Assembly: GCA_013265495.1 (NCBI GenBank)
Contig: MU058868.1
Span: 2,721,553-2,785,552, forward strand
DNA length: 64,000 nt
From: Vicugna vicugna
Taxonomy: Eukaryota
Reading direction: 5' to 3'
The position numbers and the translations under genes are program-made. Below the pieces are notes generated by a model. The model did no database searches and was not told where the DNA came from. It saw only the letters and a program-made list of their open reading frames with translations. Positions 1 through 10,358 of this stretch are shown in pieces. Numbering within the stretch: position 1 is the first letter of the stretch; every line of letters begins with the position of its first letter.

Positions 1-357
1 AATGGAACGTGAATACTCCACACCAAATGCACTGAGCACCTGCTGCGGCCGGGCCCCGTGCTGGGCCTCCCCAACAGCCCAGCAGACAGCAGCCCGAGTG
101 CTCATCCCCCAGCTCCGGCATCAGCGCCCATCAGTGACCCCCAGGCAAACATGGCTTTCTCACAGGGTCTGCCCTTACTCCACACTTTCCAACAAGAGCA
201 GTGGGATGCAAAGGCCTCGGGGGAAGGTCCTTGGGCAACCTTAGACAACTGTCAAGAAGCTTCACCCTGTAGGTGCTGACTTTCCCATCAAGCTTCCAAG
301 CCTGTAACAGGCTTCCAAGCCCTATGAAGCCCAACCCAGCCCCTGCCTCAGGGGCTC

Positions 358-480
358 AAAAATTATTAAACCCATTTCATAGGTGAGAAGACCGAGGGCC
401 AAAGAGACGACATACTCAAGGCCACACTGCTGGGGGGGGAACCCAGGTCCTGTGTGACTCCCAAAGCAAGCTCTCCCACT
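358..480 (-). mobile_element. MIR SINE fragment
   Basis: attattaaacccatttcataggtgagaagaccgaggg...caaggccacac resembles the reverse MIR core. Confidence 0.6.
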
Positions 481-1124
481 GGACATCTCGGCTCTTTATG
501 AAACTGTGTGCAACGCCCATGTGGGTTAAGCAAACATGATCCTGACGGTTGTTCTTGAAAGCACAGGCCCACGTGGCTCTCTGGAAAGCATCAACCGCAG
601 AGATAAGAGTGAATTTACCCTTTTGACTTTTTCACTGAAAAAATACCTAATTGAAGTAAACCAAATTTCACACTTTCTGGACAGGCTCAAACACCACATG
701 GAACTCCGGAACGTATTACACTGTTACTTTTACAACGCACATCACTGCACTCCTACCATGTCTAAAACCGCGTGAGCCTCAGCAGGAAATAAAAAAGGAA
801 GCTTACACTTACCCCTAACTAACAAGTTGTAAGAAACACTGAAGTAACAAAGGGATAGAGTTTACTTGAACTTGGTGCTAGAACTGAGTGCTACTAACTA
901 CCAAGGCTACACACAGCAGAAGATTCCAGCCAGGCCGTGGCTGTCCAGGCACCACCAGCAGGAACAAAGCCCAAGCTGGGAAACACCAACTAGAAAGCAC
1001 ATAGCCAGAATGCCCTAGAGAGTCCCTCTCTCCTCAGCGACCTGGCATCTCACAGCTGCCTGAGCAAACAACCGACTGAAACCACGAAACACTGAGAGAG
1101 AGGAATCAGTTTTCTAGTCCTTAC

Positions 1125-1239
1125 CACTCTCCTTCGCTCTGGCTGAGCTGAATTTGATACACGTTGCTCATCTTAACCTTCAAGTTGCCTTCGTCACCTT
1201 CTTCCAGAGGCAAAAACGTTACTGTTCCATTAAGGACAT
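1125..1239 (-). CDS. TRMT44: TRMT44 coding exon 2 (115 nt), tRNA (uracil-O2'-)-methyltransferase
   Basis: Minus strand translates (D)VLNGTVTFLPLEEGDEGNLKVKMSNVYQIQLSQSEGEW, matching human TRMT44 DVLNGTITFLPLEEDDEGNLKVKMSNVYQIQLSHSKEEW as recalled. Polypyrimidine + CAG acceptor at 1242-1240, GTAAGG donor at 1124. Phase is consistent with exon 1. Later exons lie beyond the left edge. Confidence 0.96.
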
Positions 1240-1799
1240 CTGGGGGAAAGAAGGATAAGGATGATAAATGAAAAGCGCTCAGCTCAGGGTCTCATCAGGA
1301 GTGGTCTTAGAAACAGTGATGAACCCATTATCCTGTCTTCAGCCCCAGAGCTTCTCCCCGCCAGGTTTACAACAGTGATCTTCCCAGTCATTGCTGCCTC
1401 CCAGGCGTACACCTCTGCACCCCTGCTCCGCGCGGCTCGTGGCAGCCATGCTCAGTGGGAGACAAGCGTAGAAAGCAATCCTGGAGAGGCACTCCTTGTT
1501 GGGAGGAGCCCTGCCTCACCAAGAGAAAGGTTTAGCAGGCCTCTCCTCTTCAGTGAAGCCAACGTGAGATCGCAGAAGTCCATGTCTGAAGGCCTTGTGG
1601 GCCCTGATGCACTAACCCCTCCATCCAGTAGGGATGAAATGGAGAAGGTGATAAAAGATGGAAGGGCTCCTAAACTAGTCTGGGCACTAGGGTCAGAGAG
1701 GGCCTCCCAGAGGAGGGGACAACTGGGAATAGTCTTGTGAGGACACAGAAGCAGACAGTACGAATAGGGCGGCGAGTACACGCCTACCAGCAATTCAGC

Positions 1800-2110
1800 G
1801 CTGCTTGCGGTGGACAGAAGAGCCTCAAAAGATGCCCACGCCCGAATACCCAGAACCAGTGACTACGCTGTGCCATGTGGCAAAAAGGGACTCTACAGAC
1901 GTGGTGAGGGTTACAGACCTCAGAAGAGGGTGTACTCTGGGTTACGTGGGTGGGCTCCATCTAGTCACATGAGCCCGGAAAAGCTGAGAGCTGTCTCCAA
2001 CTAGAGGCGGGAGAGGTGCAGCGGGAGAGGAAGTCAATGAGGTTCCAAGTGGGAGAAGGATCAGCACGGCTGCCCGCTGAGATGTAGGGAGGCCCCTACG
2101 AGCGTCCCAG
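1800..2110 (+). mobile_element. MLT1-type (MaLR) LTR fragment
   Basis: cctcaaaagatgcccacgcccgaatacccagaaccagtgactacgct...catgtggcaaaaagggact...tctgggttacgtgggtgggctccatctagtcacatgagcc is typical of MLT1. Confidence 0.65.
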
Positions 2111-2375
2111 GAGCCAGCCTTTCCACTTATGCCTTTACCTGCTAACTCCTCTGTCACCTAACGTCCAGCACTCCTTCACCTTCTCCCTCGGGCCTTCCAG
2201 GCACCGCCCCGTCAACAACTCCATCCTCTGTACAGAGGATACACGTTTCTACGTGCCTCCTCCAAAAATAATCAAAAACCTACAACCTCCCCAGGGCATT
2301 GCAAGGGAACTGGTATAGTTGGTGCCTCAAGCACCTTTTCACTGACTGCCTGCTTTTTAATCTAATGGCATCTTC

Positions 2376-2919
2376 TGCCAAAGATCCTCCTCTTGACCAA
2401 ACTCTAGCCAGGCTCCTCTGAGCCCGGTCTCAACTAGGTTTCAACCTGGGCCTACAGAGACCTGAACAAACACTAGTCCAGTTCCTAACAGCTCAAGGCC
2501 ATATCCCTAAGATGACCTTGGGCCCCTTAAAGTGCCTACATGAGAAAACTCAAAGTTGACAGAAGAACTGACTGCTCCAGCCCACACCTGAAGACCGGCC
2601 CCAGTGTCGCAGCCTCTGTGGGAGGGGAGGATCTGACTTCCATGAGCACCTGTTAGCAAACCCAGATGAGTGTACATGAACCAACCCCCCCAACCCCGCA
2701 CCTCTCCTGCTTTTTTGGGTCAATTTTTCACCTTCTTGCCTCCACTGAGACACCCACCCCTCCCCACACCTTCTTTCTCCCTCTAAAAGACCCAGTTACC
2801 TCCGCACAAATCCAAGTGGAATTCAGTTCACGCTGGGGGCCTCTCCCTATTGTTAGTATATTCCTAATAGAAATCTACCCTCGCCACTTTAACCGGCTTC
2901 CGGCTGTTTATCTCTGACC
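2376..2919 (+). mobile_element. ERV1 solo LTR, MER39-like
   Basis: Starts TGCCAAAGA...cttgaccaaactctagccaggctcctctgagcc; contains gttagcaaacccagatg and caaatccaagtggaattcagttcacgctgg; ends gtttatctctgac. Matches the MER39 pattern as recalled; subfamily not verified. Confidence 0.65.
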
Positions 2920-2942
2920 CCGCCACCATCAGAAACACTTAC

Positions 2943-3462
2943 CCTGCACGACGATTTCTTTCCTCGGGCCACCAAGCGGGCAGTGCGGGCTCGTTTTCGG
3001 GATGACGGTTCTGAGAACCACGTCGAGCTCGTGCTGAGCGTCTGGCTGCGATTCGGCCCCGGAGCCGGAGAGGAAGGTTAGCAACTCTCGGTTGCCGCCG
3101 GCGAGACTTCGGGAGAAATCGTCCCAGAGAGAATCCAGATGCGAGGCGGCGAAGTCGCCCTCCCCGGCTCCAGCCTTGCCCGGCTGCTCAGGGGCCCCTG
3201 AGAGCAGGGGCGCTGCGGCTGCTTTCCTCTGGGCCTCCCCTTGCTGCCGCCGGCCCTGGGACTCCGTGGGCCCTGCGCTCGGCCCGGGGCCGCGGGCCTC
3301 GGCTCGGGGTAGGGCGGCGCTCCGCCGGGCCTCCAGGCGGACGCCACACAGCCGCTTGTTCGCCACCTGTGGCCTCTCCAGCCACACGGCCACCCCCGCC
3401 CAGAAGCCCCCCGGGAGCAGGGAGGCCGGGTCGCGCACGACAACCCGTCCCAGCTCAGCCAT
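2943..3462 (-). CDS. TRMT44: TRMT44 coding exon 1 (ATG at 3462, 520 nt)
   Basis: MAELGRVVVRDPASLLPGGFWAGVAVWLERPQVANKRLCG...LDVVLRTVIPKTSPHCPLGGPRKEIVVQ matches the TRMT44 N-terminus. GCCATGG Kozak context; GTAAGT donor at 2942-2937. Confidence 0.96.
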
Positions 3463-3600
3463 GGCCTGTTGCACCCCGCGCCCGGCGGCGCGCCGCGATG
3501 ACGTAGGCTGCAGCGCGGCGTGTTTGCGTCATGGGGCGGGGCGCTGGGGCCGGAAACGAAGGCGGTGAAGATAGAGCCTCTGCTCTACCTGCTGTCGTTT
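3463..3600. promoter_or_regulatory. Bidirectional CpG-island promoter shared by TRMT44 and ACOX3
   Basis: CpG-dense, no TATA box seen. TGACGT at 3499-3504, TGCGTCA at 3525-3531, GC box GGGGCGGGG at 3533-3541, ETS-type CCGGAA at 3550-3555. The two genes diverge from here, as in the human head-to-head arrangement. Confidence 0.85.
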
Positions 3601-3791
3601 CCCTGACAGCGTTCTCCCGGGGAGATCTCGGCTGAAGGATTTAACTTTATTCTCCAGGGATCCATCCAGAGGTGTCGGTGCCGGATACTAACGTGACCCG
3701 AGCTGCGTTTGGAGACTTCTGGAGGTGCTGTATTTATGGAATCATAAAGATCATCCCTGCATCCACCTGATTGTCTCCAGTATTGATTACT
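3560..3791 (+). other. ACOX3: Probable non-coding exon 1 (5' UTR) of ACOX3; start approximate
   Basis: Lies directly downstream of the CpG promoter; best donor is ACT|GTAAGT at 3792-3797. The ATG exon at 6251 has its own acceptor, so an upstream non-coding exon is required. The TSS cannot be determined from sequence. Confidence 0.55.
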
Positions 3792-4265
3792 GTAAGTCGG
3801 GGAGCCTGCGTTTGTGAATGTTCAGGATTAGTCCTTTTGTGAAAGCTCGCGCTTCCCCGTTTGCATTCTGGTGTGCTTTCTGGTGAGAGCTATAGCCGGT
3901 ACCTTAATACGTCTGAGCTCTCCCCTAGGGTGTTTCTTATGATAGGCGAACGTCAGCTGTCACCTGCGTGTCCCCACGAGGAACAGGGAAGGCTGGGTAC
4001 TGCCAGTTTAGGCCAATTATCACCAGCACAGTCTGCGGAATCTAGTTCCAGAATTCCAAGTACCTCGAAGATTCTTTATTCTTTTTGTACATTGGTCCTT
4101 CAGTTGGGGTTTTGCCATTCCCTAATCAGAATCAACAAGTGGAAACTAACTCAAATCTTGTGATTTATCGGCGAGAAGAGCAAAGACCAAATGTCTGTGG
4201 AATTGAGTAAAAGATGAGTGATAAACCTTATAGTCTTTGATCATACGGTTGATTTTCATGCCGCT

Positions 4266-4587
4266 GTATTAGTTTCCTGTGGCCGCCACAACAAATTATT
4301 ATAAACTAGGTAGCGCAAAACAACAGAAACTAATTCTCTCACAGATCTTCAGGCTCTAAGAGAATCTGTTTTGTGCCTTGCTCTCAGCCTCTGGTGGGCG
4401 CCAGCAGTTTTAGCGTTCCTGGGCTTGTGGCCACATAACTCTAACCTTTGCCTCCATGGTCACATGGCATTCTTGTTTCTCTTTGTCTCTACTCCCACAA
4501 AGATCCTATTTTCAGATAATATCACAGGTACAGTGTGTTAGGACTTTGACATGTCTTGTGTCAGGGGCCTAATTCAACTCCCAGCAT
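4266..4587 (-). mobile_element. MLT1-type LTR
   Basis: ctgtattagtttcctgtggccgccacaacaaattattataaactaggtagcgcaaaacaacagaaactaattctctcacag...aattcaactcccagca. Confidence 0.75.
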
Positions 4588-4996
4588 GGTCCAAAGATAT
4601 TTAGCTTGGTTGGGGCAGCCAAAAGATGAATAATTACAAACGTTACTAGTTGCTAATGTGTGGAAGGACCTGGGCTAAGCACTGAGGATGCGGGGCTAAA
4701 TAAGATCCTACCCTTGAGAAACCTTGAGGCCAATGGCAGAGCCAAACAGGTAAGACAATGACCATGGAGTATAAAAAGTACAAGTGTCAAGATGTATGGG
4801 GTGCAGAGGTTGCAGAAGGTTGGAAGTTTTCCCCTCCATGGCTCCTATCTTGAAGGAAAAGTGTTGTGAAAGGAGGACACAGTGACAACTGAGTTTAAAA
4901 GAACCAACGTACTAAAAACAATTCTGCAAGGAAGTCCTGACTTCAGAAGAACTGGCTGTCCAAATAAAGAGCACAGAACAAAACAGAAACGTTCCA

Positions 4997-5090
4997 GGGG
5001 GTGGGTATATCTCAGTGGTGGAGCACATGCTTAGGATGCACTGAGGTCCTGGGATCAATCCCCAGCACCTCCATTGAAAAAAAAAAAAAA
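4997..5090 (+). mobile_element. Vic-1-type camelid SINE (tRNA-Ala derived)
   Basis: gggggtgggtatatctcagtggtggagcacatgcttaggatgcactgaggtcctgggatcaatccccagcacctcca followed by a poly(A) tail. Confidence 0.85.
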
Positions 5091-6264
5091 GGACTAATAG
5101 TATAGTTCAAAGGGTATAGTTTGTTCACTGTGGGGGAAGAAAATCCCCCCCCACCATGATTCTCATCTCTACAAAGGTCATCACATAGCTACAATCTTTG
5201 GTATTACCAAAGCCAAGAGCAATGTTTTTCATTAGGGAGTTTGCAATTTATAGGAAAGCAAAATTCCTATATTGCAAAATACAGGAAAGTGTTAGGGGGT
5301 TGGTGTTGGACTGGGCACTGACTTGGGGGCTGTTGTTAGACTGGGCATTCTTGCTTATTTTCATTGAACTTGGGGTGCAAATTGCTTTTGTTTTTTCATT
5401 CAGCTTGTTCTGTAATGTCTGTAATCAAAACAGCAACAAGGCAAGTTACCCATCCACTTGGTTTCTCATGTATAGTACCCATCGTACTCAGAGCCTGGCA
5501 TCCTGTTCTAACAATCAGCTAGAAGGATTTAAAGGTTCTGTGGGCCTTAAAGGGTTCAGCTGGGGCCACGCCCAGGACTCTGCTCTCCCGGTGTCCCTCC
5601 AGGTCTGCGTTCTCAAGCCTCTCCCGTCCACGCCTCCACTGGCCCAGGCACTGTACAAAAGAGCCAGTCTGCTCAGAAAATCCCAGAATGATCCTTTGGA
5701 CAAGAGAGCTGGGTTGCTCTTTAGTGGGAAGCCAGATGCCCCTACACCAAGTGGAGTCACACACGGGGTCTGTGGCCGACATCCCCCATCCAGACCTGCT
5801 CAAGGGGACTCTGGGGGGGGGCCAGAGCAGACCGGTGAGCAGACTCTTGGGTGAGGCTCCCTGGGCAGTGGGCCTGGCTGGCCCCAAGTGAAGAGGAGCG
5901 TGTATTCAGGCCAGGCTGGAGCACACAGAGCCCTGGACTCTTCCCCAGTGGCCCAGGCTCGCTGCAGCCTGTATTCCTTGGAGCTTCCCAGCACCGACCG
6001 CGTGACTGCCGTGTGCTCTCGCCCAGGCCCTGGGCATCTCTGTTCAGGAGTGAAAACATGCACGCTCGCCCCACCGTCCTGTCCTGGGAAGGGGGACGGT
6101 AGCTCTTGGGTGGTAATTCCCTCCGACTGTCCCTTTGCAGTCAGAGCCTATCGGTTTCTTGGTCTCTTCTTTGCACTACGCTGCGCTTCTGCGGTGGCCC
6201 CAGAGGGTGTGACTGGGCGGCACGCACAGACTCAGAGCGTGTCTCTGCAGGTGGACGTGGAGCG

Positions 6265-6408
6265 ATGGCGCCCCCTGAGGAAGGAAGCGATGTCCTGGTG
6301 CTGCCAGACCCGCCCCGGGGACCCCTGCACGCGGCCCGTGCCCGCGCCTCCTTCTGCTGGAAGGAGCTGGCGCTGTTCTTGGAGGGCGAGGATGTGCTGC
6401 GCTTCAAG
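6265..6408 (+). CDS. ACOX3: ACOX3 exon 2 (first coding; exon starts 6251), aa 1-48
   Basis: CTGCAG acceptor ends at 6250; GCGATGG start; [48 protein letters not shown]; GTGAGG donor. Confidence 0.96.
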
Positions 6409-6628
6409 GTGAGGCCGGGACTGGGCAGTGCTGCCCATGGGGACCCCTGCGGGCGGGGTCTGGGGGGGCGTCTTACGGATCTACAAAAAGGTGGGGCGAG
6501 TCCTGGGCCTGCCCAGGCCTTTCTCCTCTTCAGGCTCTGGACAGTGCCGGGGAATTGTTGGGAGCTCTGGATGGATGAACACGGATGGATTAGACCTCCC
6601 ACGCCTCAGGGCCCTCTGCTCTCTACTG

Positions 6629-7175
6629 TGTTAGCGGATAGAGAGAGGCCCAGATTCGAAACCCCACAGAGAGTGTGGGCCCTTGCCTGCTGGTTGAGAA
6701 AGAATTCTCAGCAGAGGCCAAGGAGCAAAGTGGAAGGCTGCTTTATTGCTCAGAAGAGGAAAAGACACTTAAGTCAGGGAGCTGTCAGCCCAGGCAGCTG
6801 GGTATAAGCACTCCCGCTCTCGGGGTCCCGCTGGGTCCGTTTATCCGTCTTCTCTGGCTGCTTGTCTCCCTCCATCGGCTTCTCTTTTCCTACTTGCTTT
6901 CCAGTTTGTCCTGCTCTGTGGAACAAACACTCCGCAAAAACAAGATCAGGTAATGAGGACCCAGGTTAGGTGAGCCGGCAAGACCCTTGAACAATGTGGT
7001 CGCAGAGACTAGATCAGGTCAGGGCTTTCTGCTCCGCCAGTGGGGCTGCTTCCATTATTCATTTGCTCTCTGAGGTCAGTTAGAAGTTACTTTTAAACTT
7101 TACAGGAGTCTCTGAATAGTAGGTCCAGGTTTCAATTCCCTGGTTCCCTGCCTCCCTCTCTGGGATGGACTTTCA
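6629..7175 (-). mobile_element. Probable ERV solo LTR, antisense in ACOX3 intron 2
   Basis: Starts TGTTAG on plus (= ...CTAACA end on minus). TTTATT at 6742-6747 gives AATAAA on minus about 115 nt from that end, the usual R/U5 layout. Right boundary (TTTCA ~7175) is tentative; no clean TSD. Confidence 0.45.
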
Positions 7176-7312
7176 TCTCTGTCCCTGTGTCTCTGCATTA
7201 GACTGTGTGTCCGAGGTAGCCGGTGGCCTTGAGAAAACTGTGTAAGCAAGAGCGTAGTGAGAGCCCATCCTTTGCCTCCAAATTAGCCCTTCCCCACCTC
7301 CTGCATTCCCAG

Positions 7313-7546
7313 AACGCTGTCTTCTCGGCTCTGGAGAGTGACCCCCTCTTCGCGCATCCCCGTGGAAGTGATCTCTCGGTGGAGAAGTACCAGGAGCTGA
7401 ACTTCCTGCGCTGCAAGCGGATCTTCGAATATGATTTCCTCCCCATGGAGGACGTGCTGGGAATCCCCTGGAGGATCCGGGTGCTGGTTGAGTGCCTCGG
7501 CATGTACGACTGGTCCCTGGCCACCAAATTCTTCCTGCACCTCCTG
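7313..7546 (+). CDS. ACOX3: ACOX3 exon 3, aa 49-126
   Basis: NAVFSALESDPLF...LNFLRCKRIFEYDF...LGMYDWSLATKFFLHLL; CAG acceptor, GTGAGT donor. Confidence 0.96.
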
Positions 7547-7905
7547 GTGAGTCAGCGCCTGGGAGAGAAGTGTGGGCCCTCACTGTCCCCACACCACGAG
7601 GCCAAGACAGTGTCTGTCCAGGGACCAGAACGACCAGGGTATCAAACACACTCAGCCTGTGAGATGCAGATGGTTTCCTCTGTGGTTGGGAGGTTGTCAG
7701 CATTTCCATGCTTCTAAAGTTTTGGGAGATTTACACATTTGGCTGATGTTTGTTTAAAGAGATTTCTAAAAAACTATAGGAAACAAAAGCAGAGGTAAGG
7801 CCAAGTGGGCAGACCTTGTGACTCTTAGTGGAAGTCCAGGTTTTTCTAGCTCTGGATGCACATCTGCACATGTAAGTCCTTATGCCCCAAAAAAGAAAGC
7901 GAGGT

Positions 7906-8077
7906 GGGGGCTGGGTATAGCTTAAGTGGCAGAGTGCTTGCTGAGCATGCACAAGGTCCTGGGTTCAATCCCCAGGACCTCCTCTAAAAATAAATCAATG
8001 AATAAACTTAATTATCTCCCCCCTACAAAATTTTAAAAAATGAAAGTAAAAAAATAATGACAAAAAAAAAAAAGAAA
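7906..8077 (+). mobile_element. Vic-1-type SINE with long A-rich tail
   Basis: gggtatagcttaagtggcagagtgcttgctgagcatgcacaaggtcctgggttcaatccccaggacctcc + aaataaatcaatgaataaacttaattatctcccc...A-run. Confidence 0.88.
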
Positions 8078-8503
8078 GGGAAATTAGGGCCAAGGTAAGG
8101 CCTGTGTTCCCGCCTTCTGACACGCAGGGGGACGGCCTTGTCCTGGTGCTGTCTGAGGGAGAGGTGGGCTCTCTGCCCTTCCTGCACCTCGCCCCCAACC
8201 CCACCTCCATCTCCTTGTTCACGGATCCACTCAGTTCTGTTTAACTCACATAAACTGCTTGGGACAAGGACCCAGGTCTTACCGCTCCGTAAGCTCCAGG
8301 CCAGGCGGCCGTGTCTCGGAAGACGCCGGGCCTTGGGCACCAGCGCTCTTAGGTAGCCCCTCGGAATCTGAGTTCCTCGCCCATGGGGTGATGTGACGCT
8401 GAGGAGCCACCTTGGGGCGGGTGTGGAGTGCACAGCTGTGGGGAAGTCCCAGAACGGCACTTACTAACTTCCACCTGTTTACGTGGTGGCATTTTATTTC
8501 CAG

Positions 8504-8578
8504 ACTTTTGGATCCACGATTTACATCTCTGGTTCTGAAAGGCATTTCAAATATATCCCAAAGATCTTCAGTTTGGAG
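8504..8578 (+). CDS. ACOX3: ACOX3 exon 4, aa 127-151
   Basis: TFGSTIYISGSERHFKYIPKIFSLE; TTTCCAG acceptor, GTAAGC donor. Confidence 0.95.
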
Positions 8579-8757
8579 GTAAGCTGGGTGAGTCATGGCC
8601 TCCTGTTCTGTCACCTCCTTAGAGATGCTCTGGGTATTTTGTGGTGTTCTGAGGGTTCTCACCAGATAGCCAGAGCTGTCCTCTACTAAACCAGGGTGTG
8701 CCAAATTCCCAGCGGGGTAGAAATTTATCTTTTTCTTAATTTTTTTTTCAAATGGGC

Positions 8758-8862
8758 ATTTTTTTTTCTGTTTTTCTTTTTTTTAATGGAGGTGCTGGGG
8801 ACTGAACCCAAGACCTTGTGCATGCTGAGCATGTGCTCTACCACTGAGTTGTGCCCTCCCCC
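8758..8862 (-). mobile_element. Vic-1-type SINE (antisense)
   Basis: T-rich tail then ggaggtgctggggactgaacccaagaccttgtgcatgctgagcatgtgctctaccactgagttgtgccctcccc. Confidence 0.88.
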
Positions 8863-8899
8863 ATCCCGCTGCACCCCTCACTTTTTCCTTTTTTTTGTC

Positions 8900-9065
8900 T
8901 TTTTTTTTAATATATATTTTTATTGAAGTATAATCAGTTTACAACTTTGTGTCAGTTTCTGGTGTACAGCACGATACTTCAGTCATACGTGAACATTCAT
9001 GTGTTCATTTTCATATTCTTTTTCACCATAAGTTACTACAAGATATTGAATATGGCTCCCTTGCT
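8900..9065 (-). mobile_element. L1 3' end fragment (relatively young)
   Basis: T-tract + ttttattgaagtataatcagtttacaactttgtgtcagtttctggtgtacagc...ataagttactacaagatattgaatat. Confidence 0.8.
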
Positions 9066-9346
9066 GCCCTTCGCTTTTGCTTAATCAAAACTTAGGTCTG
9101 CGGTTTCCTTCTGCTGCCTGGGAGCTGTCCTTGCCGCGGTGCTGACCCGGCGGGGCCGCGGTCCGCTCGTCCAGCCTGCCGCTCTCACAGCTGGGAGGCA
9201 CGGCGCCCAGCGCGGCAGAGTGGCTCAGTGAGATCGGGGCCTTTGAGCTGTGGTGTCGGCGGCAGAGGAAGGATGGTGGCAGGTCCCCCCAGGAAGGTGC
9301 AGAAGGAGCCTTTCTCGCTTCATGGCATTTTGTGCTTCCACGTTAG

Positions 9347-9436
9347 ATTTTCGGCTGTTTTGCTCTGACCGAATTGAGTCATGGGAGTAACACCAAAGCC
9401 ATCCGGACGACTGCTCACTACGACCCTACTACTGAG
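9347..9436 (+). CDS. ACOX3: ACOX3 exon 5, aa 152-181
   Basis: [30 protein letters not shown]; TAG acceptor, GTAGGT donor. Not in the ORF track; translated by hand. Confidence 0.96.
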
Positions 9437-10026
9437 GTAGGTGGCCCCCTCCCATCCATCCGGTCTCGGGGCCTCAAGGCCTCAAGCGTATGAAACACAG
9501 CGTTGTCAGGAGTGAAGAGTAATGAGACCAAGAAGCTCGTCTATTCGTGTGCATCCCTGTGAGGTGCACACGGGGATGTGTCACGCGGAGCTCAGCAGAG
9601 AAAGGGCAGAAGCTACTCCCACCTTGAAATCTCTCCTGGTTTGGATTTGTGTGGCATTTGAATGCGGTGAAGACACTATGTATCTATTTTGTAACATTTG
9701 ATTCTTGGTTTACCAGGCAGCCTGTTGGCCTTGGGTTTGTAAACAGTTCCAATTGCTCATGCTTTATAAAATGAACAGACGAGAGAAGATTCCCTTTCTA
9801 GCTGCCTGTCTGCGTCCCCTGCCTGCGGCCAGGCTCTCTGGGCCAGCTGCCCGCCTTCTCTTCCCTGCCCTCTGCATCCTGGGCCACCCAGGACATAATA
9901 TTCAGTCCATCCTTACTCTTGCCTCAGAGGTTTTGAGCAGAGAAAATCGAGTGTATCAAAGAGGTAGAGACATTCCTCATGTGCTCCAGTCTCTAACTGT
10001 AACTGTAACTTCTTTCCCTTGTGCAG

Positions 10027-10170
10027 GAGTTCATCCTACACTCCCCTGATTTCGAATCTGCCAAGTTCTGGGTCGGCAACATGGGCAAGACCGCTACGCA
10101 CACTGTGCTCTTCGCTCAGCTGTACACACCGGGGGGCCAGTGCCACGGGCTGCACCCCTTTGTCGTGCAG
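10027..10170 (+). CDS. ACOX3: ACOX3 exon 6, aa 182-229
   Basis: [48 protein letters not shown]; CAG acceptor, GTAGGG donor. Confidence 0.96.
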
Positions 10171-10271
10171 GTAGGGACCGGGTGTACCCCAAGTCTGGAG
10201 ACATTTTCATCGCAGCTCGGGGTGGTGCAGCTTCTGGCTTCTAGGGATACAGACCAGGGGTATGGTTAAAC

Positions 10272-10358
10272 ACCCCATAGTGCCCAGGACAGCCCCCCAC
10301 ACACCCTGGAAGAATTATCAGCCCTGAATGTCAGGGCTGCCACCGTTGAGAACCCCTG
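10272..10358 (+). mobile_element. MER20 (hAT) fragment
   Basis: caggacagccccccac...aagaattatcagccctgaatgtcagggctgccaccgttgagaacccctg matches the MER20 3' end. Confidence 0.7.

Noticed and set aside
2943-3462. TRMT44 exon 1 seems ~30 codons shorter than the human exon as recalled
   Set aside because: The difference falls in a variable Gly/Pro/Ala/Glu-rich linker and the frame is intact; ordinary divergence.
3092-3568. 158-aa plus-strand ORF antisense to TRMT44 exon 1
   Set aside because: Expected shadow ORF of a GC-rich coding exon; low-complexity composition.
4997-5075. tRNA-Ala-like sequences (also at 7906, 8786, 11998 and 63260)
   Set aside because: Stems are broken, A-rich tails follow and there are several diverged copies, so these are Vic-1-type SINEs rather than tRNA genes.
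5198-5854. 218-aa ORF in ACOX3 intron 1, including a 30-bp-period duplication at 5295-5349
   Set aside because: Non-ATG start, no recognisable domain or splice context; a two-copy degenerate duplication is unremarkable.
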